From: an uncultured Gammaproteobacteria bacterium
GTDB lineage: Bacteria > Patescibacteriota > Patescibacteriia > VMEV01 > CAYQCH01
Direction of reading: 5' to 3'
NCBI GenBank assembly: GCA_964503955.1
Contig: CAZDCG010000001.1
Coordinates: 173,804 to 237,803 of the forward strand
DNA length: 64,000 nucleotides
The notes under the pieces are model-generated. The model saw only the letters and a list, made by a program, of their open reading frames with translations. It had not been told where the DNA came from and searched no databases. Of this stretch, positions 29,268 through 39,746 are shown piece by piece. The position numbers and the translations under genes are program-made. Each line of letters opens with the position of its first letter. The stretch's first letter is position 1.

Positions 29268-30021
29268 CAGGACCAAACGTTACCGCCGCTGGTACGCACA
29301 GCTGCTGCTCTTTTACGCAAAACCATTTCATGACCGATTTGGCGAGGAGATGGAACAAACATTCGCCGACCTGCTTCACGAGCGGGAACAAACACGCAAG
29401 CCATTACTGCCTTACGCGCTCTGGTTATACATGGAAACAAGCTTGAGCATTATTAAAGAAGACTTAACTCGAACCTTTATGAAACAGAAACGTATCTTGG
29501 CCGTCGCGTTCGTGACGGCACTCATTCTCCTTATACCGCTGATTGCCATGCAGTTCAGTGATAATGTCGTTTGGACACTCTCTGATTTCATCTTCGCGGG
29601 CGTTCTGCTCTTTGGCACGGGACTGGCTTACGAACTGATCTCAAGCAAAGGTGGCACATCCGCCTATCGCGCGGCCGTTGCCATGGCTTGCGTGTCAACC
29701 TTTCTGCTCATTTGGATCAACGCGGCTGTCGGCATTATTGGCGACGGACCGGTCAACATTCTTTACGCAGCCATTCCATTGGTGCTACTGGTTGGATCCG
29801 TCTTCTCGCTTCTGAAGGCAAAAGGGATGGCGATCACCCTTTTTGCGACCGCCATCACTCAAATGCTCATTCCCGTCATCGCGCTGCTCTTTTGGGATAC
29901 TTCAGAAATTTCATGGTCGCCAGGAGTAGCGGGCGTATTCCTGATTAACGCATTCTTTGCGGCACTCTACGCAGGATCGGGGTGGCTGTTTCTCCAGTCA
30001 GACGCGACAAGAAAACAGTAA
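29257..30021 (+). CDS. PadR-associated membrane protein
   Basis: N-terminal LLLFY..FHDRFGEEM..TF.D prefix typical of PadR partners, then about 6 TMs. Confidence 0.8.
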   Translation: MQHSRTKRYRRWYAQLLLFYAKPFHDRFGEEMEQTFADLLHEREQTRKPLLPYALWLYMETSLSIIKEDLTRTFMKQKRILAVAFVTALILLIPLIAMQFSDNVVWTLSDFIFAGVLLFGTGLAYELISSKGGTSAYRAAVAMACVSTFLLIWINAAVGIIGDGPVNILYAAIPLVLLVGSVFSLLKAKGMAITLFATAITQMLIPVIALLFWDTSEISWSPGVAGVFLINAFFAALYAGSGWLFLQSDATRKQ

Positions 30022-30023
30022 CG

Positions 30024-30049
30024 AAAAAGCGCCCTCGGGCGCTTTTTTT
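30024..30049. terminator. Bidirectional terminator
   Basis: AAAAAGCGCCC-TC-GGGCGCTTTTTTT. Confidence 0.75.
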
Positions 30050-30061
30050 CTCAGAAGATTT

Positions 30062-31438
30062 CTAGGCGCTTGCGGTTGCCTCGGCTTGGACCAAGCTCGG
30101 TTTTTGCGTCCTGCTCTTCCAGCTGTAACCAGCTGCAGCCAGGACAACGTTGCCAATGGCGATCGCCCACCAGATCGGCTGGATATTGCCCGGGAAATAG
30201 CGCACGGCAAGATAGGCAAGCGGGATAGAAAGCACGAAGAACTTCAGGAAGAATAACCAGAAGCCGGGCCATGAGCGGCCAATGGCCTGAAAGGAGCTGG
30301 CCACAATCATGCCAACAGCCAAGCATCCATAGGTAACAGCCACAATGAACAGATATTGCGTTGCGTAGGCAATCACCGTCGGATCAGCCGTGAAAGCACC
30401 GATGATATATCTGCCAAGCACAACCATCAGCAAGCCAAGCCCCGTCGCCGATAGAAATCCGACAAGGACCGCTTTCTTGAAAACTTCATCGGCACGCTGC
30501 ATATTGCCCGCGCCCATGCTCTGGCTCATCATGGCCATCGCCGCCATCCCGAAACCGGCCGCTGGAAGATACGCGAAAAATTCCAAACGGAAAACCAAGC
30601 TGAACGCGGTCGCACCAGCCTCAAGGAATGTTCGTGAAACTAAAGAGACAAGCACCGCCAACCCCACCGGATTGATCACCTGGGTAAGCGAAGCGGGAAT
30701 GCCAATCCGTAAAACCTCTCTGGCTGACTGCCAGCGGATCCCCACATAACGCCAGTTAAAACGCGTTCTGCGCGAAGGGCGAGACAGCACGTACAGCCCC
30801 GACGCCACAAAAACCGCCTGTGAGATGAGTGTGGCATAGGCGGCTCCGGCAATGCCCAATGCCGGGATAAAGCCGTATCCAAAAATCATGAGCGGATCAA
30901 GCACGATATTGATGAAGGTTGAAACCGCGAAGAGCTTTGTCAGCGTGAAGGTATCTCCTTCCGCGTTGAACGCAAACATCACGTTCATGAGAAGAAAGAA
31001 TAGAATGGAACCGCCCGCCGTAATGGAGAAATAAACCTTCGCCGGATCGTAAATCGCCCCGACAGCTCCGGAAAGCGTTAGCAATGAGTGCTGGAAAACG
31101 AAACAAATCGTGGTGAAGAAAAGTGAGGCAACCCCCGCGAGCGCGAATGACTGAGCCAGCGTTCGTTCTGCCCCAAGATCGTCTTTCGCGCCGATGCGCA
31201 TAGCCATCACCACACCCGAACCTACGGCAATTCCCATGCTCAACGAAATCATGATGAACAGCACGATTTGAGATATGCTGACCGCGGCAATAGACTCCAC
31301 GGAAAGTTTCCCTACCCAGAAGGTATCGACAATTCCGTAGAGCGTGTAGAAGAACATGGACAGCATCATCGGCCAAGCCAAGGACCAAAGTTGCGAAAAA
31401 ATAGGACCCTTGGTGAGGTCTTTTTCCGAATGCGACAT
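30062..31438 (-). CDS. MATE family efflux transporter
   Basis: DLTKGPI, DTFWVGKL, NIVLDPLMIFG..GIAGAAYAT; about 12 TMs. Confidence 0.95.
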   Translation of the reverse strand: MSHSEKDLTKGPIFSQLWSLAWPMMLSMFFYTLYGIVDTFWVGKLSVESIAAVSISQIVLFIMISLSMGIAVGSGVVMAMRIGAKDDLGAERTLAQSFALAGVASLFFTTICFVFQHSLLTLSGAVGAIYDPAKVYFSITAGGSILFFLLMNVMFAFNAEGDTFTLTKLFAVSTFINIVLDPLMIFGYGFIPALGIAGAAYATLISQAVFVASGLYVLSRPSRRTRFNWRYVGIRWQSAREVLRIGIPASLTQVINPVGLAVLVSLVSRTFLEAGATAFSLVFRLEFFAYLPAAGFGMAAMAMMSQSMGAGNMQRADEVFKKAVLVGFLSATGLGLLMVVLGRYIIGAFTADPTVIAYATQYLFIVAVTYGCLAVGMIVASSFQAIGRSWPGFWLFFLKFFVLSIPLAYLAVRYFPGNIQPIWWAIAIGNVVLAAAGYSWKSRTQKPSLVQAEATASA

Positions 31439-31559
31439 ACAGTTTGATTGTTGGACAATTAGATCACCAAAGTATACAGAAACTTAGGAGAATGTACAGA
31501 GTCACCCTTCTAACAAACAAAAACACCGCTCAGATGAACGGTGCTTTGTGAACTTGCTA

Positions 31560-31949
31560 TTACGATCCAACGACGACCTTAAATCCACCGTAAGCCATTT
31601 TCTTCAAATCAAACGGCATATCCTTCATATGATCAGGGTGCTCTTTGGCATACTCCTCCATTTCTTTGTGCACCTTTTTATTTACTTGATTTCGATGCGT
31701 TTTGTTCTTGTATTCAATATATGAAAAGAAAACAACTTCATCTTTTTTTAAGTTGACGAGTTTCGGAAACTGTAACACTTCATAGCCTCCCATATTGGGA
31801 GTAAGATCATCTCCGACACATTCGCGATACGCAAGGGCTCCATGCTTCATCCATGCTTTGGCTCCTTCTCTGGCAGCTTCTTTATATTTTGCGAGGTTCT
31901 TTTTTTTGATGACCAGAACGTATGCGTCGATGTAGGTTGTTTTTTTCAT
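31560..31949 (-). CDS. DUF1428 (YbaA-like) protein
   Basis: YIDAYV, HGALAYREC.GDD, MPFD.KKMAYGGF. Confidence 0.92.
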   Translation of the reverse strand: MKKTTYIDAYVLVIKKKNLAKYKEAAREGAKAWMKHGALAYRECVGDDLTPNMGGYEVLQFPKLVNLKKDEVVFFSYIEYKNKTHRNQVNKKVHKEMEEYAKEHPDHMKDMPFDLKKMAYGGFKVVVGS

Positions 31950-32010
31950 AGTAATGGATGAATAAATCTATCTATTAAATAGCACTGATTTGATGCCGCT
32001 CAAGGAACCA

Positions 32011-35000
32011 TTAAGGCACGATTATTACCGGCTCCCCTATTTTATACTCTTTGAAAAAAACCGGGTTCAAATCTGAAACAAAAGTTGTCCAATATCTGCC
32101 ATAGAGTGCTGAGGCTAATGTCTCATCTGGAACCAGGTGTAAAACGCCTCCTTTTCCGACAACGTAAACATCTGCAGACGCCATTGTTTTAAGCATTTTT
32201 TTCCCCGGCCGGTAGGTCACCATTCCACCCGAATCAATACGCGAAAGACGTTCTTGAGAAACAACCTGTATACCCGCGAAATCTTCATACCAGCTATAAT
32301 AGGTTCCTTCATCCGGAAAGTAGTATTTTTTTCGATCAACGCCACAGTAATAAACAGTTTTATCATCCTCGGCTTTGAGAAGCGTTTCCGGCTCGCATCC
32401 TCCCGTCCCTGCAACCATCAGATCTTTATCAAGACTGATCGTCGGTGCTGAGGCAAGGGCTTGACCCACGTCATACGAAAGTTGATGCGAACCATCTTGT
32501 GTTTCCGACGGCTCCGGAGGAGAAGGCACCCCCGACGGCTGTTCCGAAATCTGAGAAGAGCCGAGATCATCAATAACAACGCGGCAGGTTTTCACTTCTT
32601 CCTGATCCAAATAAATGATTCCTTCTTCCGTACACCCCTCGGAGAAGTACTGCGCATAGGAAGGATCTTTTGTCGCGGTGATGACATACATTCCCGCAGG
32701 ATACCTGTATGCGGTATCAGCTTCAATCGCACTTCCATTGATGAAGAGCGAGAAACTATCCTGTGATTTTGTTCCTTCATTATCATTGATGATTTCTTTT
32801 GTTGCCATGATTGTTCCTCCGCGGGTTCTGGATTCTTCCAAACCATAGCCAATCGAAACGGATGAGATCGTTGGAGTATGCCCCCTATCATCCGTTTGCA
32901 ATGTTATTTTATACTGGAAAACCTGAGCATCTTTCCCCGATTTCATCTGAGCAGGAATGCTTTCCGGCAAACAGGTAACAGTATCGTTTGATTTTTGGCA
33001 ATTAGCTGTCGCATTGGTGAAATCAGCCCACGGACCAACAAGTTCCGCAACGCTTGGAGCCGCACGTAAAGAAAGCGTCACGCCGGTGCCGGCTGGCAAA
33101 GTTTCATCCTCCTGCCAGGAGATACCACCAACCAGATTTCCTGCATTGAAGGAGTTAAAGATCGATGATTCCAAAGTGCCCGACGGTTGATACGCGGTAT
33201 ATGCGATTGTCAGATCATGCAGTCTCGGCGTCCGTTCCGAATTGGAAGAAGCAAACAAAGCTCGATATTGCACGTAACGCGCAACCGGAGAAGCCATTGG
33301 AGCACCAGATGGATCAGACATTTCATCACTCCATTCCGACCACGCATTGTCCGGCTCTGGTGTACTGCCTGTGCGTGTGGCAACCGTCAAGGACGTACCG
33401 GCAGGCACAGTTTGCGTCCAAGCTAAATCACCAAAGCCAAGTACGCCGGAAGTGTCTATGACCGCGGAGGTAAAGGTGCCGGAGGGAGCGTAATCAACCT
33501 GATTAATCGTGTACTCCCAAAAATTATCCGACTTATTACCCTGAACAACATACAAAACGTTTCCATCATCGCTCAGAACCATATTACCTCCTGCATCCAC
33601 GCGCCCAGGAACACCGGCAAATGTGGACCAGCTATTAGTAGAAATTGTGTATTGATATATCGCGGAGCGCTGATACCCTTGCAGAAGCAGAATTTCATCT
33701 GCGGAACGGCCAAACATCATGGACGACCCCGAACTCACTTCGCCAGGAACGTCAGGGAGACTCACCCAGGTATTGTCTGTGATAGAATATCGGTAAAAAC
33801 CTCTTTGCCGGTCGCCTCGTACAACATAGATATCATTGCTGGCCCCGTTTCGAATCGCGCGGCCGCCTAGACTTATTAGACCTGGTGCCGGCGCGAGAGT
33901 TATCCATTCATTCGTTGATATTGTGTACTTATAAAAGTCCCCTGTGGCCTTACCGCGCACGACATAGATTTCATTGTCAGAAGCATAGCGCAGCATTGCC
34001 CCCCCCGAATCAACCGTTCCTGGCACATCCGCCAAGGACTCCCATTCGTTTGCAGCGATCGAGTACCGATAAAAACCAGAGCTCTTATTGCCCCGCAGCG
34101 CATAGATGTAATCATCGCTTCCATTACGAATCAGGAAGCTTCCGTTCCAGGCAGCCGCAGGAATCGGCGCAAGGGTTGTCCAGCTGTCATTTGTGATTGA
34201 ATACCGGTAAAACCCCGTTGTATTTGATTCACGCAGCAGATAAATATAGTCATCATCACTATTGCGGATTATGGAATCTCCAGCTGTAATGTTGGACGGG
34301 AGGCTGGCAAGAGATGCCCAAGATTTGTTCGCAATGTCATATTTGTAAAATGACGTTGTGCTGTCACCTCTTACAAGGTACATCAACTCTGACGATGGAT
34401 CATATAACAGCCGCGCACCAACTCCGATGCCCCCCTGGGTTTTCACGGTACTTTGCATGCTTAACCATTCCCCTTGCGAGACAGAGTACACATGGACTGC
34501 ATTTGTGCTCCCGCCGGGTACGACATAAATCTTATCCTCCGATGGATGATGCAGCATATATCCGCCAGTACTTACCCTGGTCGGCACAGAAGACAGCGTG
34601 GTCCACGTATTGTTGGTAATGGAATAACGCCGAAAATGCTCCGAAAATCCTCCCGCGGCAAGGTAAATATTGTCTCCATTCAACCGTAATGTGCTCCCCT
34701 CTCTTACGTAAGCCGTAGATGCAAGCGGAGTCCAGCTATCCCCTGATATGGAGTAACGTGAAAATGATGAACTTCCTCCATGAATGACATAAACACTGTC
34801 GTCATCACCGTTACGCAACATAAACGATCCTGTCGATGCCGACACCGATAAAGACGCCAGAGTTGCCCAACTATTTTCAGAAATGGAGTATCGATAAAAT
34901 GAAGTGGTTCCGCCCTTAAGCACGTAAATAAAATCCTCATTCGTATTGTGGAGCATAAACATGCTGGCAGTAATAAATGCGGGTGCATTTGCTAATGTTG

Positions 35001-35829
35001 TCCACGAATTTTCTGAGATGGAATACCGATAAAAGCTGGTTGTATTCCCCGCGGCCAAAGCATAGATATACCCTCCTTCGCCAAGGACCATGTTATTTGA
35101 TGTCGTCCCGAAATTTCCCGGCGCGGAGGCAAGCGTCGTCCAATTGTTGCTTGAAATAGAATATACATAAAGCGCCGCCGTGCCGCTGCCACCAAGCGCG
35201 TATATCAGATCGCTGGTTCCATCTCTAACCAGTGCGCGGTTTGTAATTATTCCGGGAGAACTGGCAAGAGGCGTCCATGTGCCATCGGTAACCGAATATC
35301 TGAAAAAATCCGTACTTCCATCTCCCCTAGCTACATAAACAACGTTTTCTCCATCCGCTCGATGGTAAGCAGCTCCTGTACCGACGGTTCCGGGCACCGG
35401 CTCAGTATCTGTATTAAAACTGTTAACGGGGGTAAAGGTTGCGCTTAAGACCACGTCTGTATCTTCACCGATCTCAGCAAGCATAACCTGTTCGGCCGTA
35501 CCGTTTCCAAACCCTCCACCAGCCGCCAATCCGTCGGAAGCAGGATCCTCATCGTCGGTGAAATAGAATTCTTCTGAAGCGATGCGTATCTCACCTGGTG
35601 CGTCATTAGATGTAAGATTGACCATGGCTGAGTACTTGTTCCATCCGTCCTGGTCATCCGGGTGTACGGCTTCAGCTCCATCGTCAAAACCACCGGACCA
35701 ATCTGTTTGTGTCCACAAAAACGCAGCCCCCAAAGAAACCGTCCCCTGATTAAGAACATGCGCCCCCACAACAAGTATGCAGGAGATAATCGCAGTGACA
35801 GACAGAAACCAGGCGGTTTTTTCATTCAT
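32011..35829 (-). CDS. Large surface/secreted Kelch-repeat (probable double beta-propeller) protein
   Basis: N-terminal anchor; about a dozen IYxxxGGxxxxFYRYSIxxxxWxxLA repeats; C-terminal VYY..YYFPDE.TYYSWY..VTYRPG domain. Confidence 0.9.
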   Translation of the reverse strand: MNEKTAWFLSVTAIISCILVVGAHVLNQGTVSLGAAFLWTQTDWSGGFDDGAEAVHPDDQDGWNKYSAMVNLTSNDAPGEIRIASEEFYFTDDEDPASDGLAAGGGFGNGTAEQVMLAEIGEDTDVVLSATFTPVNSFNTDTEPVPGTVGTGAAYHRADGENVVYVARGDGSTDFFRYSVTDGTWTPLASSPGIITNRALVRDGTSDLIYALGGSGTAALYVYSISSNNWTTLASAPGNFGTTSNNMVLGEGGYIYALAAGNTTSFYRYSISENSWTTLANAPAFITASMFMLHNTNEDFIYVLKGGTTSFYRYSISENSWATLASLSVSASTGSFMLRNGDDDSVYVIHGGSSSFSRYSISGDSWTPLASTAYVREGSTLRLNGDNIYLAAGGFSEHFRRYSITNNTWTTLSSVPTRVSTGGYMLHHPSEDKIYVVPGGSTNAVHVYSVSQGEWLSMQSTVKTQGGIGVGARLLYDPSSELMYLVRGDSTTSFYKYDIANKSWASLASLPSNITAGDSIIRNSDDDYIYLLRESNTTGFYRYSITNDSWTTLAPIPAAAWNGSFLIRNGSDDYIYALRGNKSSGFYRYSIAANEWESLADVPGTVDSGGAMLRYASDNEIYVVRGKATGDFYKYTISTNEWITLAPAPGLISLGGRAIRNGASNDIYVVRGDRQRGFYRYSITDNTWVSLPDVPGEVSSGSSMMFGRSADEILLLQGYQRSAIYQYTISTNSWSTFAGVPGRVDAGGNMVLSDDGNVLYVVQGNKSDNFWEYTINQVDYAPSGTFTSAVIDTSGVLGFGDLAWTQTVPAGTSLTVATRTGSTPEPDNAWSEWSDEMSDPSGAPMASPVARYVQYRALFASSNSERTPRLHDLTIAYTAYQPSGTLESSIFNSFNAGNLVGGISWQEDETLPAGTGVTLSLRAAPSVAELVGPWADFTNATANCQKSNDTVTCLPESIPAQMKSGKDAQVFQYKITLQTDDRGHTPTISSVSIGYGLEESRTRGGTIMATKEIINDNEGTKSQDSFSLFINGSAIEADTAYRYPAGMYVITATKDPSYAQYFSEGCTEEGIIYLDQEEVKTCRVVIDDLGSSQISEQPSGVPSPPEPSETQDGSHQLSYDVGQALASAPTISLDKDLMVAGTGGCEPETLLKAEDDKTVYYCGVDRKKYYFPDEGTYYSWYEDFAGIQVVSQERLSRIDSGGMVTYRPGKKMLKTMASADVYVVGKGGVLHLVPDETLASALYGRYWTTFVSDLNPVFFKEYKIGEPVIIVP

Positions 35830-35842
35830 AGGATGAGGAGGA

Positions 35843-36580
35843 TTAACGCAGCCCCTTTTTCGTAACCTTGGCTCGCTTCCCGGCAGATCGTCGTTTTTTT
35901 ACACTGCCTTCTGTTCTTTCTCTCAATCGAAACTCTTCCATTTTTTCGATGAACCCCTCAAGCTCTTTCATCCGATCTTCAAGACGCTGCCGCGCGGTTT
36001 CTTGTTCCGTAACATCGGCGGATAAAATCATAAGTCCCTCCTCGACAGGCTCAATCTTTAACCTGAACCAACCCAATGTCCCATCAGGGAACCTGAATTC
36101 ATTCAGCATTTCTGATCTTTGTTTGCGCTTCATGCAGCGCTGTAATTCTCTAAAAAGCACCGTCTGCTCAATGCCAGGATATGCCTGCATCATTGTTTTG
36201 CCGAGCAATCTTTCAGGGGTCGATTTTCCCTGCCTCGCAACAACCTCGTTTACGTACAGATACTTCCAGTCTTTGCTGATAATTTGCAATCCATCGGACA
36301 TGCCGTCGATGATTTCCCTCAACCGAACATCCATTTGCTGAATCCTTTTCAGCGGCCTGAAGATCGCCCTCGCTGAAATCAGCACGCAGAGACTGCTGAG
36401 AACTAAAACAGCCGGCCATAGCCGGTCTGCCCATAAAACTTGCTGTGATTCGTACACGGTCGAGGTAACGAAGTAAAGGACACTCGACAAGAGCGTTAAC
36501 ATGCCAAGACAAACAATTGCACGCGTGAGGATTATTCTTCTCGGTGTCGAGGGCAAAGGTGATTGCTCAATATCTTTCAT
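35843..36580 (-). CDS. Two-TM PAS-domain protein without an output domain
   Basis: DGLQIIS..WKYLYVN...GWFRL.IEP...DVTEQ, then a short coiled coil. Confidence 0.8.
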   Translation of the reverse strand: MKDIEQSPLPSTPRRIILTRAIVCLGMLTLLSSVLYFVTSTVYESQQVLWADRLWPAVLVLSSLCVLISARAIFRPLKRIQQMDVRLREIIDGMSDGLQIISKDWKYLYVNEVVARQGKSTPERLLGKTMMQAYPGIEQTVLFRELQRCMKRKQRSEMLNEFRFPDGTLGWFRLKIEPVEEGLMILSADVTEQETARQRLEDRMKELEGFIEKMEEFRLRERTEGSVKKRRSAGKRAKVTKKGLR

Positions 36581-36650
36581 AAAGGGTTTATTTTGTTTTT
36601 ATTTTACCAGCAAATGCTGATTCTTCAAATGAATTCGGCCTAACCAGCAC

Positions 36651-37034
36651 TTACACGAGCATAAGCTTTTTTGAAGCGGGGCGAAAATGCCACGAGAAGC
36701 CCGTCATCAGGAAAAGAACAATGGCCGGCATCGCCTCAGCAACCGTATCACCAACAGCGAAATGAGAAATAATAGCGCCAATCCAGATGAGCGCCGTACC
36801 AAAATAGCTCCATTCTTTTAAGAGCGGCTGCCTTGGAGAAAAGAGAATAACAACTGATACAAGCTTATACAGTCCGACCATGGGCATGAAATAGAGCGGA
36901 TAGCCAAGATGCGTAAAGATCTCGGTAAAAGCCTGGCCGTGCATCACTTGCTGCAATCCGCTGGCAACCATGGCAAAGCCAAGCCAGATCGTAGCGATCC
37001 AATAAATAAGAGCGTTCCTTTTTTGTGTGGTCAT
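36651..37034 (-). CDS. DoxX-like family membrane protein
   Basis: YWIAT, HLGYPLYF, LKEWSY.G, GAIISH. Confidence 0.88.
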   Translation of the reverse strand: MTTQKRNALIYWIATIWLGFAMVASGLQQVMHGQAFTEIFTHLGYPLYFMPMVGLYKLVSVVILFSPRQPLLKEWSYFGTALIWIGAIISHFAVGDTVAEAMPAIVLFLMTGFSWHFRPASKKLMLV

Positions 37035-37063
37035 AGAATTGAAATAAGTTTTGTTGAAAGCTT

Positions 37064-38989
37064 TTATAACGCCAATGCTGCTAAAGCGCCTTCAGCCATG
37101 GCTTCAGTCACTCGACGCGGCTGTAGCGCGTCGCCAACGATCATCACTCGTTTGACTTGCTTCTTCAGCTCATTTGCCAGTCCGTCATTAGGATACGACC
37201 CAAGACACAAGACGACGGTATCGGCAGCAAGCGTGCTTGAGCCTTTCTGGTCTTCAATTGTGACGGTGTTCGTTCCGACCGTCGCAAGTTTCGTATGCAA
37301 TCGCAGATGAACCTTTTTTTGTTTGAGGCGATCCAGCAAAAGCATGCGGTCATCTACCGGCGCTTCTAACGCGATCTCCCCCCCTGCTTCTATCAACGTG
37401 ACAGGAAACCCCTTATCGGCAAGAAATTCGGCAGTCTGTGCGCCCGCGCAACCGCCGCCAACGACCACAACCTTCCCTTTTGCTTTCTTTTTTCTCTCCA
37501 GAAGATCGCGGGCAATGATAACATGCGCTTTATCAACTCCCGGAATGTTCGGCCGGACGGCTGACGAACCGATAGCGATAATCACTGCGTCGGGTTTGGA
37601 CTTGGCAAGCGTGGCCGGAACCACATTCGACTTCAGCTTCACACGCACCTTCAGCCGCTTCACATCTCGGATCAACGTCTCTCTCAATTCACGCCAGCCC
37701 TCACGATGAGGAGCCGCGGCGGCGGCAGACAACTGCCCGCCAAGACGAGAGGATTTTTCATAGAGGGTTACAGCATGCCCTCTCTTGGCCGCGACGCGAG
37801 CAGCCTCAAGGCCGGCCGGGCCTCCGCCCACAATCACAACCCGCTTTTTCGATTTGACCGGCTTGGCAAAGGCTCTTTCGCGACTGGTTTCTGGATTCAC
37901 CGTGCACCAGACATCCTGCTGTGCGAATAATCGGCTGATGCACCCCTGATTGCAGGCGATACACGGATTGATTTGATTCAACTTGCCTGACTGAACCTTG
38001 TTTGGCCATTCCGGATCAGCAAGCAGCATGCGCCCGATAGCAACAAAATCAGCTTTCCTCTGCTTGATAATGGTTGCGGCCAGTTTCGGATCTCTGATCT
38101 TTGCAACGGTAATAACCGGGAGGCTCGTCTTTTTTTTGATCTGCGAAGCAAGATCGACAAGAACTCCGTCTTTAACTGCCATAGGCGGAATCATTTTCCC
38201 CTGGGCATACGAAGCGTAATTCCCGGCAGAAATATGTATGGCGTCAATCTGCTCTTTTTCCAGTCGTTTGACGATCTGCATTGTATCTTTTGCCCTGAGG
38301 CCGCCGGGAACAAGCTCATCGCCGGAAAGTCTGATCAGAACCGGAAAATCACGCCCGACTTCTTTGCGCACCGCCTGAACCACTTCTTTGAGAAAACGAT
38401 AGCGCTTCTCAAAGCTTCCGCCGTAGGCATCGGTTCGTTTATTACTGAACGGCGAAAGAAACTGCGTGATCAAATAACCATGCGCGCCGTGCAGTTCGAC
38501 AAAATCACATCCAGCCGCTTTTGCTCTTCTCGCGGCGTCAGCATATTGCTTCACAAGCTTTTTGATCTCACTCTGCGTCAACGCATGAGGAACCTCATTG
38601 ACCGTCGGATCAGGGATGGCTGAAGGCGCCACCGGTTGTTTACCGGTTGTTTTTGACGACGTTTGTCTGCCCGCGTGATACAGCTGCGGACCGATCATCG
38701 CACCATATTTATGAGCAGCTTTGACCAATTTTTTCAATCCTGGGATCACTTCATCGGAATGAATCCCCAGCTCGTGCACGAACCCCTTCCCACGGGGATC
38801 TATAAAACTGGCTTCCAAAATCATCATACCAACCCCGCCTCTGGCAATTCTGTCTATATGGTCAACATACCGTTGCGTGACAAAACCGTTCGAGTCAGCA
38901 TAATTCCTGACCATTGGAGGCATGACTAAACAGTTTTTCACCTTCATCTTTCCGATAGCCGCTGAGGTAAAAAGAGGATTCCTGCGCAT
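37064..38989 (-). CDS. NADH:flavin oxidoreductase (OYE/2,4-dienoyl-CoA-reductase-like, Fe-S + FAD)
   Basis: QLYHAGR, ELHGAHGYLI.QFLSP..NKRTD.YGGS, CIACNQGC...C, GGGPAG. Start uncertain (38989 or 39007). Confidence 0.93.
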   Translation of the reverse strand: MRRNPLFTSAAIGKMKVKNCLVMPPMVRNYADSNGFVTQRYVDHIDRIARGGVGMMILEASFIDPRGKGFVHELGIHSDEVIPGLKKLVKAAHKYGAMIGPQLYHAGRQTSSKTTGKQPVAPSAIPDPTVNEVPHALTQSEIKKLVKQYADAARRAKAAGCDFVELHGAHGYLITQFLSPFSNKRTDAYGGSFEKRYRFLKEVVQAVRKEVGRDFPVLIRLSGDELVPGGLRAKDTMQIVKRLEKEQIDAIHISAGNYASYAQGKMIPPMAVKDGVLVDLASQIKKKTSLPVITVAKIRDPKLAATIIKQRKADFVAIGRMLLADPEWPNKVQSGKLNQINPCIACNQGCISRLFAQQDVWCTVNPETSRERAFAKPVKSKKRVVIVGGGPAGLEAARVAAKRGHAVTLYEKSSRLGGQLSAAAAAPHREGWRELRETLIRDVKRLKVRVKLKSNVVPATLAKSKPDAVIIAIGSSAVRPNIPGVDKAHVIIARDLLERKKKAKGKVVVVGGGCAGAQTAEFLADKGFPVTLIEAGGEIALEAPVDDRMLLLDRLKQKKVHLRLHTKLATVGTNTVTIEDQKGSSTLAADTVVLCLGSYPNDGLANELKKQVKRVMIVGDALQPRRVTEAMAEGALAALAL

Positions 38990-39065
38990 ATGTTCATGAC
39001 TGATCACCCTGTTAACAAAAAAGGGGGGAAACTCGCCTATAGATTATAGCAAATAAAAAGCGGCT

Positions 39066-39236
39066 TTACTGACCAGGAAAGTCCTTTTTGCTTCTCATTA
39101 CTCCAACCACACCCCCAATCAAGACGAGCAGCCCGATCAGCTGCGCGCCGGGGCTGTCGTCTGCCCCGCCATAGACGAAGAGGAATGCCCCAAGAGCGAC
39201 CGCAAGAAGAGAGAAGATGAGTTTCGGAATGTTCAT
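39066..39236 (-). CDS. Small two-TM protein with a DDSPG loop (56 aa; not in the ORF track)
   Basis: MNIPKLIFSLLAVALGAFLFVYGGADDSPGAQLIGLLVLIGGVVGVMRSKKDFPGQ*, in line with the ybjQ operon. Confidence 0.75.
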   Translation of the reverse strand: MNIPKLIFSLLAVALGAFLFVYGGADDSPGAQLIGLLVLIGGVVGVMRSKKDFPGQ

Positions 39237-39256
39237 ATACTTGGCTTGAGAACAAA

Positions 39257-39376
39257 TTAATTGTTACGATCCTCAAAATCTTCGCGGCCTTTGTCTTTGA
39301 TCCGCCCATAGATAAGCACCACGAGCGTAAGGATACAGACTCCAAGCACCGTCATTGCAATCAGATCATTGAACAT
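39257..39376 (-). CDS. Small single-TM protein (39 aa; not in the ORF track)
   Basis: MFNDLIAMTVLGVCILTLVVLIYGRIKDKGREDFEDRNN*, starting 4 nt after the ybjQ stop. Confidence 0.7.
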   Translation of the reverse strand: MFNDLIAMTVLGVCILTLVVLIYGRIKDKGREDFEDRNN

Positions 39377-39380
39377 AATG

Positions 39381-39698
39381 CTACGCCTTAAACTTTACGG
39401 CGGTTCCGTAAGCCAGAATTTCTGACGCGCCGTCCATGATCATTGATGTCTGAAGCCGCACGCAAACCACGGCATCGGCCCCCAGCCGCTCTGCGTCTTC
39501 CACCATTCTTTGCAAAGCCTGTTCGCGGGCATCCGCCTGCATTTTTGTATATTCTGAGACTTCTCCTCCAATAAATAATTTCAAGCCGGCAATAATATGC
39601 CGTCCGACATGCCTTGTCCGCACGGTACTCCCCCGCGCGACACCAAGCACTTGCGCTATTTCCTTGCCGGCAATTGTTTCCGTTGTTGAGATGAGCAT
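39381..39698 (-). CDS. YbjQ/UPF0145 family protein
   Basis: STTETIAG, GGEVSEYT..AREQALQRM, GADAVV, AYGTAV. Confidence 0.95.
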   Translation of the reverse strand: MLISTTETIAGKEIAQVLGVARGSTVRTRHVGRHIIAGLKLFIGGEVSEYTKMQADAREQALQRMVEDAERLGADAVVCVRLQTSMIMDGASEILAYGTAVKFKA

Positions 39699-39746
39699 AG
39701 TTGATGATGAGTTAATTGGCTCACTTTACAGGCAGAAAAGAAATGC

